Assembly: GCA_951406725.2 (NCBI GenBank)
Contig: OX597818.1
Span: 93,682,001-93,746,000 of the forward strand
Reading direction: 5' to 3'
DNA length: 64,000 nt
From: Octopus vulgaris
Taxonomy: Eukaryota
Position numbers and translations under genes: made by a program. Positions 1-12,807 of this stretch are shown here, in pieces (position 1 is the stretch's first letter; every line of letters begins with the position of its first letter). The notes under the pieces are model-generated. The model ran no database searches and had not been told where the DNA came from. It was given only the letters and a program-made list of their open reading frames with translations.

Positions 1-750
1 CACATGTCACCGGCACAAGTGCTGGTAAGGCGATGCGGTAACGATCACACTTGAATGGTGTGCTTAACGTGCCAACAGCACAGAGGCCAGCTTGTTGCTC
101 TGGCAGCGATCTCACTCGTATGGTACTCTTAGCGGTCCACTAGCAACGGATGCCAGTCACTGAATTTGATTTCAACTTCGACTTCACTTGCCTCAACTGG
201 TCTTCACAAGCAGGGTTTAGTGTCCAATGAAGAAAAGGCACGCATAAGTGGACTGGTTACACCCCTAGCATAGGTTATGGTCACACTTGCGCTTGTCGAG
301 TCTTCTGCAGCACAGCATATTTCCAGAGGTCCCGGTCACTAGTCATTGCCTCGGTGAGGCCCAATGTTTGAAGGTCATGCTTCACCACCTCATCCCAGGT
401 CTTCCTGGGTCTACCTCTTCCACTGGTTCTCTCAACTGCTAGGGTGTGGCACATTTTCACATGGTTATCGACATCCATTCTCGCCACATGACCATACCAG
501 CGCAATTGTCTCTCTTGCACACCACATCTGATGCTTCTTAGGTCCAACCTTTCTCTCAGGGCACTAACACTCTGTTGAGTATGCACACTGACATTACACA
601 TCCATCGGAGCATGCTGGTTTCATTCCTTGTAAGCTTACGCCTATCCTCAGCAGTCATGGCCCATGTTTCACTGCCATGTAGCATGGCTGTTCGTACACA
701 TGCGTCGTACAGTCTACCTTTTACTCTGAGCGAGAGGCCCGTTGTCACCT
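1..750 (-). mobile_element. 5'-truncated RTE-clade LINE: C-terminal coding remnant (281-750) plus 3' UTR
   Basis: ORF 281..862 contains GLSLRVKGRLYDACVRTAMLHGSETW...RQLRWYGHVARM...GRGRPRKTW, typical of the region after the RT domain in RTE elements. The ORF N-terminus is microsatellite read-through. A homologous copy lies at 6400-7260 (+). Confidence 0.88.
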
Positions 751-1061
751 GTATATATATATATACACACACATACACATATACAAGAGAAAGCGAGAGA
801 GAGAGAGGGAGAGAGAGAGAGAAAGAAAGAGTTGAGGAAGCAATGATGTAACATATATACACATATATATGTAGGTGTGTGTATAAATATATATGATATT
901 GAAAAGTGCTCTAGCTTGCTGAATATAATCAATATGTTCCAAAAGGTGAAAGCAAAAGTGGGCATTAAATATCTGAAATAACAGTAAAAAACATTGAAAT
1001 GTTACCTTAAAAATATTAAAATAGTCATGATTGAGTTTTAAAAATTATTTACAAAATCATT

Positions 1062-1297
1062 AAAGCACCATCCGATCGTGGCCGTTGCCAGCCTCGCCTG
1101 GCACCTGTGCTGGTGGCATGAAAAAAGCACCCACTACACTCATGGAGTGGTTGGCATTAGGAAGGGCATCCAGCTGTAGAAACACTGCCAGATCAGACTG
1201 GGCCTGGTGCAGCCTCCTTGCTTTCCAGACCCCAGTTGAACCGTCCAACCCATGCTAGCATGGAAAGCGGACGTTAAACGATGATGATGATGATGAT
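1062..1297 (+). mobile_element. Non-LTR retroelement 3' module (RTE/SINE tail) ending in (GAT)n
   Basis: ...aggaagggcatccagctgtagaaacactgccagatc...ccgtccaacccatgctagcatggaaagcggacgttaaacgatgatgatg. Near-identical copy at 17981-18167; partial copies near 8680-8737(-), 26850-26955, 34470-34536, 49000-49172 and 55690-55830. Confidence 0.8.
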
Positions 1298-1889
1298 TAA
1301 AGAACAAAAAAGAGAGAGGAGAAAGAGAGGGAGGTTCTTTACAAAAACTTTAATGGACAAAAGAATGAGAGATTCTTTACAAAAGATATAAATAAATCAT
1401 GTGTCCAGTGAGTTCAAGGGTAAAATCCTTGTCCACAATTGGATTCACAATAAACGTTGTCTGCGATTCTTAGCTACAGATTTTCAAGTAAGTTAATGAC
1501 TGTACTCTCTCTCTCTCTCTCTCTCTTTTAAATTGTATCTAATTGTAATTAGATATACATTAACAAGCTCAACTAACCTCATTTGTAACTAATTTGAAAG
1601 ACTAAAGTCATATGTTAGAGGATGTCTAAAGACCAGAGTGTATATCTCTAATTTATCATCATCATCATCATCATCATCATTATCACAATCATCATCAATG
1701 TTTTAACGTCCATTTTTCTATGTTTACATGGGTCAGATGGATTTCATTGAGACAGAATTTGTATGCCAGACATTCTTCTTGTCTCCAAGTAAGGTAATAT
1801 TTCCCTATGACCACACACACATACACACACTCACACACATACACACACAGACACACACACATATATTAGAGATGACACCAGTTCATCAG

Positions 1890-1964
1890 CGTCACTCAGG
1901 CTCATCACAGATTTCATCACTCAAGCTCATTGCAGATTTCATCACTCAGGCTCATCACAGATTT
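1890..1964 (+). repeat. 25-bp tandem repeat, 3 copies
   Basis: Unit catcactcaggctcatcacagattt repeated three times with few mismatches. Confidence 0.85.
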
Positions 1965-2834
1965 CACATAAAATACATGTAGGTATTTTCCACAATATTT
2001 CTAACCTCAAATGGCTTATTTTTTTTTTATATCTAGCACTATATATTTCTCCGTTTCCAAGTTAAGGGTAAAACTAAAGCAACCCTGCAAAACATCAGTT
2101 GATCTTTACATACAGACACACAGAAAAGCAGCAATCAAATAACAACAGTAGAGTGCACAACAAACATCAGTGATCTGACTGTCACCTACATCCTTGACAA
2201 GATATGCCAGTAAGTCTTTTACACCTACAAGGCTTGTTCATTTTAGCCCAAGTTGCTGGATAATTTTTCATTCCTTTAAGAATAATGCAGGACGGAAACT
2301 TTTCATAAATTTAAACCCTAATCTCTATGGAAATTTATTGTTACAAGAACACATTAAATTTGAATTACTTTTAATTTTCACAACTTTAGATAATAATTCG
2401 GGATGTAAATTCTGAGCTCGAGTTAGGTGTGTGTGAACGATGGCAAGAGAACATCTGCTACGAATAAGTTCACTTTACTAAATTTATACTCAGGCTATAC
2501 ACACACACAGATACACAGATATATATATATAGTGGAACATCAGTCAATAATTTAGGTGCATACTTTGATTAACTGCATTGTATAGTATAATAACAGCCCT
2601 GTGAGTGAATCTTGTACATGGAAGCTAAAAGAAACCAATTGTGTATGTATGTGTGCCCATCACCACCACCACTCGACAACCTAAGTTGGTTTGTTCACTT
2701 CCCTATAACTTACCAGATCAGCAAAAAAGACCAAACAATAAGTACCACACTTTTAAAATAATAAACACTGGGGGCAATTTGTTTGGCTAAAACATTCAGA
2801 ATGGTGCCCTAGTATGGCCAATGAAAAAAGTAAA

Positions 2835-2886
<52 letters not shown>

Positions 2887-2986
2887 GTCTATATATATAT
2901 ATATTCATATATATGTATATATGTCTATATATATATATATTCATATATGTATATATGTCTCTATATGTCTATATATATATATATAT

Positions 2987-5328
2987 ATCAAAATAAGCAA
3001 CAAGGATATCCAAGGTAGTGTAGTGCAATTGTTTTATGCTACTTCATTTTATTAAACACTGTAAGCATTACATCAGTTTTAAAATGTCAAGCAATCTTCA
3101 ACCACATAGAATTTTAAAAATTAAATGGACAATGTACATTTTTATACTTATTTCATTTGCCAACATTACAAAGAGGGTAGATATATAGACAGAGAGGTTA
3201 ATTTCATCATTAGGAACATGGTAGTAGAATGTCCTTCACCATCTGTAGATTTTTTATCACTGAGTTCACTTTGTTATTTAGATCTATCAATGGGGAGGGG
3301 TTTTCTTTATCTGATTCAATGGAGACAAACAAGAATTTTTTCTATTTATAGATAGAGGAAGGGGTAGTACAAATGTCAAAGCCATAAATCCATTCTCATT
3401 ATGAGGATTTTAACTGGATCTTTTCATTTTGAACAGCAATTTTCAACACAATTTCTAGTTAACTAAACACTTTTAAACTTCGTATACTGGTAGAATGTGT
3501 CAAAATAAAACATTTTTTCTCTTGGCTCTCTTGAGAAAGTTGTAATTTGTAAGTTTAACGTAGTTTAATTCTTCGAATTTTAACCAATCCTATGCCCTCT
3601 ATTGAGCTAAAATCATTTGCTGCATCTAAAACTGAGACAACATTCTGTCACTAACCCTAAACCTCACCCTAACCCTAACCCTAAATTTTAGCCTTTCGCT
3701 TTTTTTTTCTTATATGTTAAATTAATTTAATTGTTACGCATGTGTCTAAAATTATTCGTTTTGTTTTTGTTTTGAGTTTTTGCTTTCGTTTTAGCCTTTC
3801 ATTTGTTTTTTTTTCTAAATTGTTAAATTAAAATTATTTTCCATTGCTTTCGTTTTAGCCTTTCGTTTTTTTTTTCTTAATTGTTATCCTTAAATTAATT
3901 TAACAATTAAGAAAAAAAAAACAAAAGGCTAAAATTTAGGGTTAGGGTTAGTGACAGGATGTTGTCTGTTTTAGACGCAGCCAATGATTTTAGCTCAATA
4001 GAGGGCATAGGATTGGTTAAAATTCAAAAAAATTAAACTACGTTAACTTACAAATTACAATTTTCTCAAGAAAGCCAAGAGAAAAAAATGTTTTATTTTG
4101 ACACATTCTACCAGTATACGAAGTTTAAAAGTGTTTAGTTAACTAGAAATTGCATTGAAAACTGCCATTCAAAAGGAAAAGATCCATTTAACTTAGGCAT
4201 ATTTGAATGCATTTTAGCAAAAGTTAGTAAGCTGAAGCTAGTGGGGTAGGGAGAATAGAGACTACTAATGCTCTGGAGATTTCTAATGTCCCTTACCATT
4301 TAACAGCCATGATTCTTCTTGTGAATTTTAAATAAATATCCTTTAGATAGTTTTTCCAAAGGATTCCAATAAATTTTAGTATCTTATATAGGAATAGAAA
4401 ATATAGAAATCATTTCATATTTACATATATATATATATATATATCAATTTCTATTAATATAGATTCATAGTTAGTTAGTAAATAGTGATTTATTTTATTA
4501 ATGAGTTAAATTAAAAGAATATGCTAGACATAATATTTACTAACTGTAAAAGAAAAACCTTATCAATTAGCAAATATACCAAGAGTCTATAAGATATATT
4601 AAAAAGTAATGGAAGGAAGTTCATCAAGATGAACTAAATAATTTCACTAGATATATAGAATTTTTGCAATGCCATATAGGAGAGTATCAAAAAATTCTAA
4701 TTTCACTTTATTAAAATTTATTGGAATCCTTTGGAAAAACTATCTAAAGGATATTTATTTAAAATTCACAAGCAGAATCATGGCTGTTAAATGGTAAGGG
4801 GCATTAGAAATCTTTGGAGCATTAATAGTCTCTATTCTCCCTACCTCACTAGCTTCAGCCTACTAACTTTTGCTAAAATAAATTCAAATATGCCTAAGTT
4901 AAATTCCTCATAATGAGGATGGATTTATGGCTTTGACATTTGTACTACTCCTTCCTCTATCTATAAATAGATAAAATTCTTGTTTGTCTCCATTGAATCA
5001 AATAAAGAAAACCCCTCCCCACTGATAGATCTAAATAACAAAGTGAACTCAGTGATAATAAAATCTACAGATGGTGAAGGACATTCTACTACCATGTTCC
5101 TAATGATGAAATTAACCTCTCTGTCTATATATCTACCCTCTTTGTAATGTTGGCAAATGAAATAAGTATAAAAATGTACATTGTCCATTTAATTTTTAAA
5201 ATTCTATATGTGGTTGAAGATTGCTCGACATTTTAAAACTGATGTAATACTTACAGTGTTTAATAAAATGAAGTAGCATGAAACGATTGTACTACACTAC
5301 CTTGGATATCCTTGTTGCTTACTTTGAT
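2987..5328. mobile_element. Large inverted repeat (arms about 620 bp), probably inverted Penelope-like terminal repeats
   Basis: Left arm 2987-3414 plus 4187-4380 is the reverse complement of right arm ~4710-5328; duplicated ORFs 3125..3355(+) and 4961..5188(-) confirm this. A degenerate hammerhead-like CTGATG..GAAAC motif lies near the outer ends. Sequence after 5310 is homologous to 14580-14680. Confidence 0.8.
3415..4186. mobile_element. Fold-back MITE with ~250-bp TIRs carrying (CCCTAA)n
   Basis: Termini tggatcttttcattttgaa / ttcaaaaggaaaagatcca; flanking duplication tttaac at 3409-3414 and 4187-4192. The empty site is visible in the opposite arm of the host repeat at ~4890-4915. Confidence 0.9.
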
Positions 5329-5648
5329 TATAATCACCCCATTTGATTTATATGGATAATACCATACCAAATTCTGGTGCCTTTAACTTAAGTACCATAT
5401 TCATCTGAATCTAAATTTTGCTGAACTTATATATATATATATATAGGTGAGAGAGTTGGTGTGTGAAAGGACGTGGTTGGATGTATAGGAAATAAAAAAA
5501 GAGTGAAAAAACTACAGAAGGCTTGTGTTATAAGGTTAAAGAATATATTTAAGTCGTTTTTTTAGAAAAATGTTAGAAAATTTTTGTATAGTAACATAGT
5601 TTTTGGAGAAAAAACCGGTTTCATATTTTCTTTTCAAATTTCTCAAAT

Positions 5649-5737
<89 letters not shown>

Positions 5738-6283
5738 ATATACATATATATGTAGCAATTATTGGCATAGGCATATTAGACACATCAAATATATTAAATA
5801 TATTAAGTACATCAAATACAAAATATGTATATAATTATATAATTATACATGCAAACAAGAGAAGGCAAAAGGTAGAAACTTTCAGATAATGAATATGTAG
5901 AAATATATATATACTGATATAAATAGGTTCAACTTACACAGAGTACAAATGACAGAAATTTAAAGGGGTGGAATAAAGGTATCATGAGACCAACAGCTGT
6001 TTCTGGGGACTTGGCAATCCATAATAACGTTGGTAGATTTAGTACATCAAAAAATGCAGCTGTATGGATGCATCTAACATAGGAAGAGATCTTCACTACT
6101 CTGATGAAGGAGGCTTGTCTTATCCCAATAAATGCTTCTATATGAGCTCAACCTGATGTTCCTTATAGCCTTCCTTTACCTTGTGGAATGATCCCCTCTA
6201 AAGACATCGGAGTCTAACTTTGAATCTTTTGAGCACTACTAAATGTCTTCTATACAGAGAACATCTGGATCTCATCTGTCAAC

Positions 6284-6330
<47 letters not shown>

Positions 6331-6399
6331 GCACATGTATATCTACATGAATATATGTGCATATATACACACACGTATGTATACATATATATGCTAAAT

Positions 6400-7260
6400 C
6401 TGTAGAAAAGGCATAAGTAGAAAGTCCATAAGATGTACCCAGGTGTAAGCTATGGACACATAAGAGGTGCTAACTATGAAGCTAGTTTTTGTGTGTGGCA
6501 AATGCACAGAGGCAATAAACACTGAAAATGTGCAGAAAACAGCTTCCATCACATGCCGGGGAAAAAACTAGAAGTAGTTGATAGCTTCCGTTACCTAGGT
6601 GACCAAGTCAGTAGCAGATGTGGATGCTCTGAGAGTGTAGCTGCTAGAATTAGAATAGCCTGTGCAAAGCTCAGAGAGTTCCTACCTCTGCTTGTAGCAA
6701 AGGGCCTCTCACTCAGAGTGAAAGGTAAGACTGTATGATGTATGTGTGCAAACAGCCATACTACACAGCAGTGAAACATGGGCTGTGACTGCTGAGGACA
6801 CACGTAAGCTTGCAATAAATGAATGCTAGTATGCTCCACTTGATGTGTAATGTCAATGTGCATACATAACAGAGTGTAAGTGCCCTGAGAGAAAAGTTGA
6901 ACTTAAGAAGCATTAGATGTGGTGTGCAATAGAGACGACTGTGCTGGTATGGTCATGTGCTGCAAATTGATGAGGACAGCTGTGTAAAAAGTATCACACC
7001 CTAACAGTGGAAAGCACCAGTGGAAGAGGTAGACCCAGGAAGACCTGGGACAAGGTGGTGAAGCACGATTGGGTCTCACGGAGGCAATGACAAGAGACCG
7101 AGATCTTTAGAGATATGCTGTGCTTGAGAAGACCAGCAAACTAAATGAGACTGTAACCATGGCCTATGCCAGTGTAGCATAACTGGCCCATTTAAGAGTA
7201 CCCTTCAATCATTGGGTAACAAACTATGCTTGAGAAGACAGTAATTCCAGGAATTACTGG
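6400..7260 (+). mobile_element. RTE-clade LINE fragment (frameshifted)
   Basis: LEVVDSFRYLGDQVSSRCGCSESVAARIRIA...GLSLRVKG; nucleotide similarity to 281-750(-). Confidence 0.87.
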
Positions 7261-7359
7261 GTACACCAGCTAGTATATATATGTGTGTGTGTGTGTGTGT
7301 GTATGTGTGTGTGTGTGGGTGTGTGCATGTGTGTGTGTATATATGTGTATATATATGTA

Positions 7360-7401
<42 letters not shown>

Positions 7402-7469
7402 TCTATATATATATATATATCTATATATATATATATGCATATATATGTGTATATATATCTATATATATA

Positions 7470-7622
7470 TGGTTAATCCAAACAAGAAAGCACAAAAAAC
7501 ACAACAACGTGAGGACGTGGAACAAATATAGTATTATTGGACGCTCAGGAAAGAAGGAAAGAAGGAGGGTTTAAAGTTTCAAGCGGAGCTCTTCGTCGGA
7601 AACATAGGAGAAGGAAAGATCC
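7470..7622 (-). mobile_element. Penelope-like terminal fragment with degenerate hammerhead-like motif
   Basis: Minus strand reads ccgacgaagagctccgcttgaaac. The 3' part is nearly identical to the TSD-flanked insertion at 50925-51004; a related copy lies at 8365-8580(+). Confidence 0.55.
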
Positions 7623-7873
7623 TTATATATATATATATATATGCATGTATATATATAAGCATATATATATGCATACATATATATGTATATATGCATATAT
7701 ATACATGCATATATGCATATATATGTGTATATATGCATATATATATTTACATGCATATGTACATATGCATATGCATATATGCATATATATATATATATGT
7801 TTATATATATGTATATATATATACATATATATATATATGTATGTATATATATATGCATATATATATATATGCA

Positions 7874-7920
<47 letters not shown>

Positions 7921-7922
<2 letters not shown>

Positions 7923-8294
7923 TCTTTTACTTGTTTCAGTCATTTGACTGCGGCCATGCTGTAGCACCACCTTTAGGCAAGCAAATCAACCCCAGGACTT
8001 ATTCTTTGTAATCCTAGTGCTTATTCTATTGGTCTCTTTTGCCTAACCACTAAGTTATGGGGACGTAAATGCACCAGCATCGGTTGTCAAGTGATGTTGG
8101 GGGGGGGGGAGACAAACACAGACACACAAACACACATATATATATATACATATACATATATACGATGAGCTTCTTTCAGCTTCCGTCTACCAAATCCCGA
8201 AGCTATAGTAAAAGACACTTGCCAAAGGTGGGACTGAACCCAGAACCATGTGTTTGGTAAGCAAGCTACTTACCACACAGCCACTCTTGCACCT
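7921..8294 (-). mobile_element. tRNA-derived SINE, family A (Octopus-type)
   Basis: Reverse complement starts aggtgcaagagtggctgtgtggtaagtagcttgc (A box) ...ggttcagtccc (B box); highly similar to 22822-23230 and 33811-34189. Confidence 0.85.
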
Positions 8295-8581
8295 ATATAT
8301 ATCATATATTTATATATATATACATACATACATACATACATATACATATATACAAATACATATTTCTGCACGCAAATTTTTTTCTCTCCTTCTTTCTGTG
8401 TTTTTTCTCTGTGTATCTTTCTGTTGAAGAGTGTAGGCTCGAAACGTTAAAGACTTGTTTTATTTATATTTCCTGAGCACCATACTAATACAATTGTTTG
8501 TTTGTATTCCACCTGCCTTCGTCTTTTGTTTATTTCCGTAAACCTGCCTTCGTCTTTTGTCTATTTTCATAAAGCTTCCCG

Positions 8582-8621
<40 letters not shown>

Positions 8622-8745
8622 ATGATATATAGAAGAAAAAGGTTACTTCTTTATGCATATATATATATATATATATGCATCATCATCATCATCATCATCA
8701 TTTAGCGTCCGCTTTCCATGCTAGAATGGGTTGGACAATATGCAT

Positions 8746-8907
8746 ATAATTATATATTTACACACACACACACACATATATAGAACAAAAAAAAAAAAAT
8801 TACTTTTTTATGCATATATTTATATGCATATATATAAATATATGCATAAAAAAGTAATTTTTTTTTGTTCTATATATGTGTGTGTGTGTGTGTAAATATA
8901 TAATTAT
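8746..8907. repeat. Near-perfect ~160-bp palindrome
   Basis: ataattatatattta(ca)n...tagaacaaaa...attacttttttatgcatatatttatat mirrored by atataaatatatgcataaaaaagtaatt...gttcta...(tg)ntaaatatataattat. Confidence 0.85.
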
Positions 8908-9978
8908 AAATTTTCTTTAGAAAGGCATAGAAGCGCTTGAGTCAAACCTGAGATGCTAGACAAATACAAGCGATACAAAGAAGTTCAACTCAGGCAGACT
9001 ACGACTGGTGAATACATATATGGATTTAATAGGATAGAATTGTCTAAAACATATATTAATACATTCAGAATATTAAGATATAGAAATATCAAAATATATA
9101 TGAATGTTAAAAATATGCAAGGACAAATAAATATATAGATATACTAGCTTAAGGTGACTGCTCTATGCGCGGGTGAGGGTGTGGTTGTTACTTTCTTTTG
9201 CTTCCTTTCTGTTTCTTATCGCCACATTCTCCCCCTTTGTTTCTCTCTCCTTTCTCACTCTTGGACTCTCCCTCGCTTTCTCTTACTTGTTATCTTTCTC
9301 TATCTATCTCTCTCCCATTTATAAAATACAAAAGATCTTGAGTAAGATGAGAAAGAAAATATTTTGAAAGATCAATCATAAATATCAGGAAACATCAGGC
9401 AGTGACAACGGGAAGCACACTTACCTTTTGTACTTGCTACTATCTGAGCGATTAAAAATATGGAAAAAATGGATTTCTTTGTTAGATTTAGTTCTTATTT
9501 TGGTAACTTTTTGAAGATTGACCATGCAAATGAAAGCTCCAAACATGGGCTACATGCAGCTGTAAATTTCTTTCAGAGAAAATGAAAACTGTAAACAATA
9601 AAAAATAAAAGGTAAAAATACATAAAAATGAGAAATTTTTTCAACTTCAAAAATCTTGCCTTAATTTTCAAAATTTCGAACCCATTTTCTGTGCTTAAAT
9701 TACAAATCCACTTCCACTTTACCATGTTGAAAATTTGATTGAAATTGGGCAAAAGGTGTCTGATCTAGACCCCCAAGTATCCCCAAAAATCAATAAAATC
9801 CCCCTTTTCACAGCAAAGCAACTACTGTAGCACCCTAAAAGTCTCCCAATCAAGTTACCCCCTCCTGTAAATTTTAATCCCCTTCCAGCACCATTTAGAC
9901 CCCTTTTTACTTAAAAATCCAATTTGTATCAACGTTCGCCTTCTTCATTTTATAGATAGGATTAGATGCCAATATATA

Positions 9979-10014
<36 letters not shown>

Positions 10015-12362
10015 TGTATGTATGTATGTATGTATGTATGTATATATGTGTAATGGAGATACATATATTTTATGTATATGTATATATTGTGCTGGAAACT
10101 GAACGATCTGCTAGCGGTACCTGTTTGGAATTCAAGGTAAGAGCAACTCTATTTTTGTGCCCTTAAACCACGCACACACACACACACACACACATATATA
10201 CATACATATATATGTATATATACATGCATATATGGGCACAGGACATCAAAAAAACGTTGAACATAATGAGAAACGAAAACATAAAAACAAAAACATAGAA
10301 ACGAACTTTTTTCAAACATGGAAAAAAAACAGAGAAACAAGACATACAACACAAGCAATATTCCCCTTCTTCAGCAGTCCCTGTTTCATCTACTCCGCAT
10401 TTATATATACATATATTTGTGTATACTCAGACACACACACATTCATACGAGCTGCTTTCACTTTGTCTGTCAAATCTAACCCAAGTTTTGGTCAATCAGA
10501 AGTTGAAAGAGAAGACGCAGAGTGAAACTGAACTTGAAAACACTTGATTGGCTGATACACCCACCCACGCACACACACACACAAACTGAGCTTTCGGAAT
10601 TTTTTTTTTTTTCTCAGAGAATTCCTAGGTTTTCGATAACGGAGAATCCGAATATGCAAAAAATCACGCTTTCAAAATTTTAAATCCCCTCTACCACAAT
10701 TTTTAATTTTTTACTTTTTTTGAATTTATGTATTTTTTTTTTTTCAATCTACATGGGAAAATACGGAGATTAACAATATGGCAAACAAAAAATTAATTAA
10801 TTTCAAATTTCATATGAAAAGCTCCAAATTTGATCCACACACCCTTTGCCATACCCAGCAATAAACTGTGCGCGTACGCAACAATCTCTACAGCTCACTG
10901 AAAATGAACGGCTGAAACCTGTTGTATATGACAGTCTTGTTTTTTTTCACTTTAAAGGTAAATGATTCTCATAGAAGCAAACACGATATTAAATAATTTT
11001 CCGTCATACGTCTACTAAAAACTTTAACATACTTCCAAAATGGGATATTATACATGTTTATCCACATGCGGTGGGGAGGCAGATTTAAAATTTTGAAAGA
11101 TTGTCGTCTAGCTCCACCAATATATACACCCACATATTTATATATCATCTTCTTTAACATCCATGCCCCATTTGCTGAGATGGATGACACATACATACAT
11201 ACATACATACATACATACATACATACATACACAAATATATATACATATTGTGATATTTTATGTGAGAGTCAAAAAATGTGTATATGTATATGTGTACATA
11301 GTAGTTGGGTATATCGCAAAAGGTTATGTGCGTGTGTGTGCATTCTGATAAAAAAATGAGGGTATTTAAAAACAAACAGGTAAGTCTGTAATATGTTACA
11401 GAATAGAATTACAAAAAGTGAGGTCATAGGGTCAAGCTGATTTCGTCATGTTGGGCGTCTATCTCTTACTATAGTTTTGGGGCGCTTCAAGTTGTCTGAT
11501 TGAGATTGAGCAGACGGAGACCGTTAAAAATACGTTCACAGTCCTCCAACTCTAATTCAGAAGGCCAGTTCTTGATCCTCTCTTTCACATTGATTCTTCC
11601 TGGGAATCAACATGTTTTGAATTTTGTTTCAAATGTATCGGACTTATACTAAAAGTTCTATAATTACAACATCCAGATTGTTCTCTCATATAAATTTCAG
11701 CGAGTCCGTCTGAATCCTTTCAAAAATACTAGACATTGAAGTTAGTCATTCATACAGGGCAGTCCATAGAAACAACATGTACCAGACACACTGCTGTATA
11801 CGATGTAGGAAAGTTTTGATTTCTTGCTCTCAAAGATAGAACTCCCTTCTGTAAATAACTTCAGAATGTTTTAAGTAAGAAATAAAATAAGAAATGAAAG
11901 AGTAAATATGTCACTTCCTCAAACTCACCTGTGGTCTCCATGTAGCTTTCTTGTTTGTAATTAGGACACAGGTAGACAATATGCACTCACTCTCTCAATA
12001 TCCTATACACTCATTCCCACACACTTTCCCTCTCGCATAACTTTCTCTCTCACTCTCACTATGCGCATACTTCATTTATTTATATATGGAAGACACATAC
12101 AATAGAAATGCAAAATGGCTGACGGTTAGTAAGGAGAGACACACAAAGAAGAAAACAAAGGACCACTGATGCGGTCACAGGAGTGTGACGAAAGAACTCT
12201 GGCCAAAATAAGATTAAAATTAATGTAAAAAATAAATAACACTGAAGCAAAGTAACACCAAATATATAGTGTGTGTGTTTTTATTGGCTAAACTGGCAAA
12301 ATGACCACTCCGAAATACAACAATGTCTGTTTCAACACACAACTTCACATAAAAAATCTTGT

Positions 12363-12436
<74 letters not shown>

Positions 12437-12627
12437 TAAGTAGTTGAATGAATTATCCTAGTATGGATAATTCGGTTAACCGATACCTGGGTAGCAAATT
12501 CACATCAGAAAACACGGTTGAAGCTACATGCCAAGGGCAGAAATCATGTGCTTTCATGTGGAAATTTGTGTGTTTTTTTACTATAAATAAATGAAAGAAT
12601 GGAGTCGAACGACGATTTAACAAAATT

Positions 12628-12722
12628 CCTTTATTCTCGACATATGTTTCGAAGACTGCATATTCTCAATTCTGAAGGAATAAAGGGTGCATTATGCCGC
12701 CTTCTCATCAGGAAAGACAAGG
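12628..12722 (-). ncRNA. Type I hammerhead ribozyme motif (Penelope-type, minimal stem III)
   Basis: Minus strand: ccttgtctttc-CTGATGA-gaaggc...gtcttc-GAAAC-atat-GTC-gagaataaagg. Canonical core, paired stem II, palindromic ACATATGT stem III, GUC cleavage triplet, imperfect stem I. Confidence 0.7.
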
Positions 12723-12807
12723 AACTTATGTCAGCATCATGATGAACAAAAACTTTTAGATGACTGCCCACACGTAGTCCATTATCGCTGATGCACTCGC
12801 TGCCCCA

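Noticed and set aside
3125-3355. Duplicated MDNVHFYTYF ORF (also 4961..5188) as a small gene pair
   Set aside because: It is a by-product of the inverted repeat; the two copies differ by a frameshift and show no protein motif.
3652-3684. True telomere or chromosome-fusion scar
   Set aside because: Only a few TAACCC units, present symmetrically inside MITE arms.
6095-6215. CTGATGA-containing hammerhead candidate
   Set aside because: No GAAA core element at the required position; too degenerate to call.
7205-8011. Many 60-136-aa ORFs rich in Y/I/C/V/M/H/T (also near 2753-3018, 5536-5889, 9966-11375, 39106-39735 and 45222-45926)
   Set aside because: They are translations of (TA)n, (CA)n and (CATA)n microsatellites, not genes.
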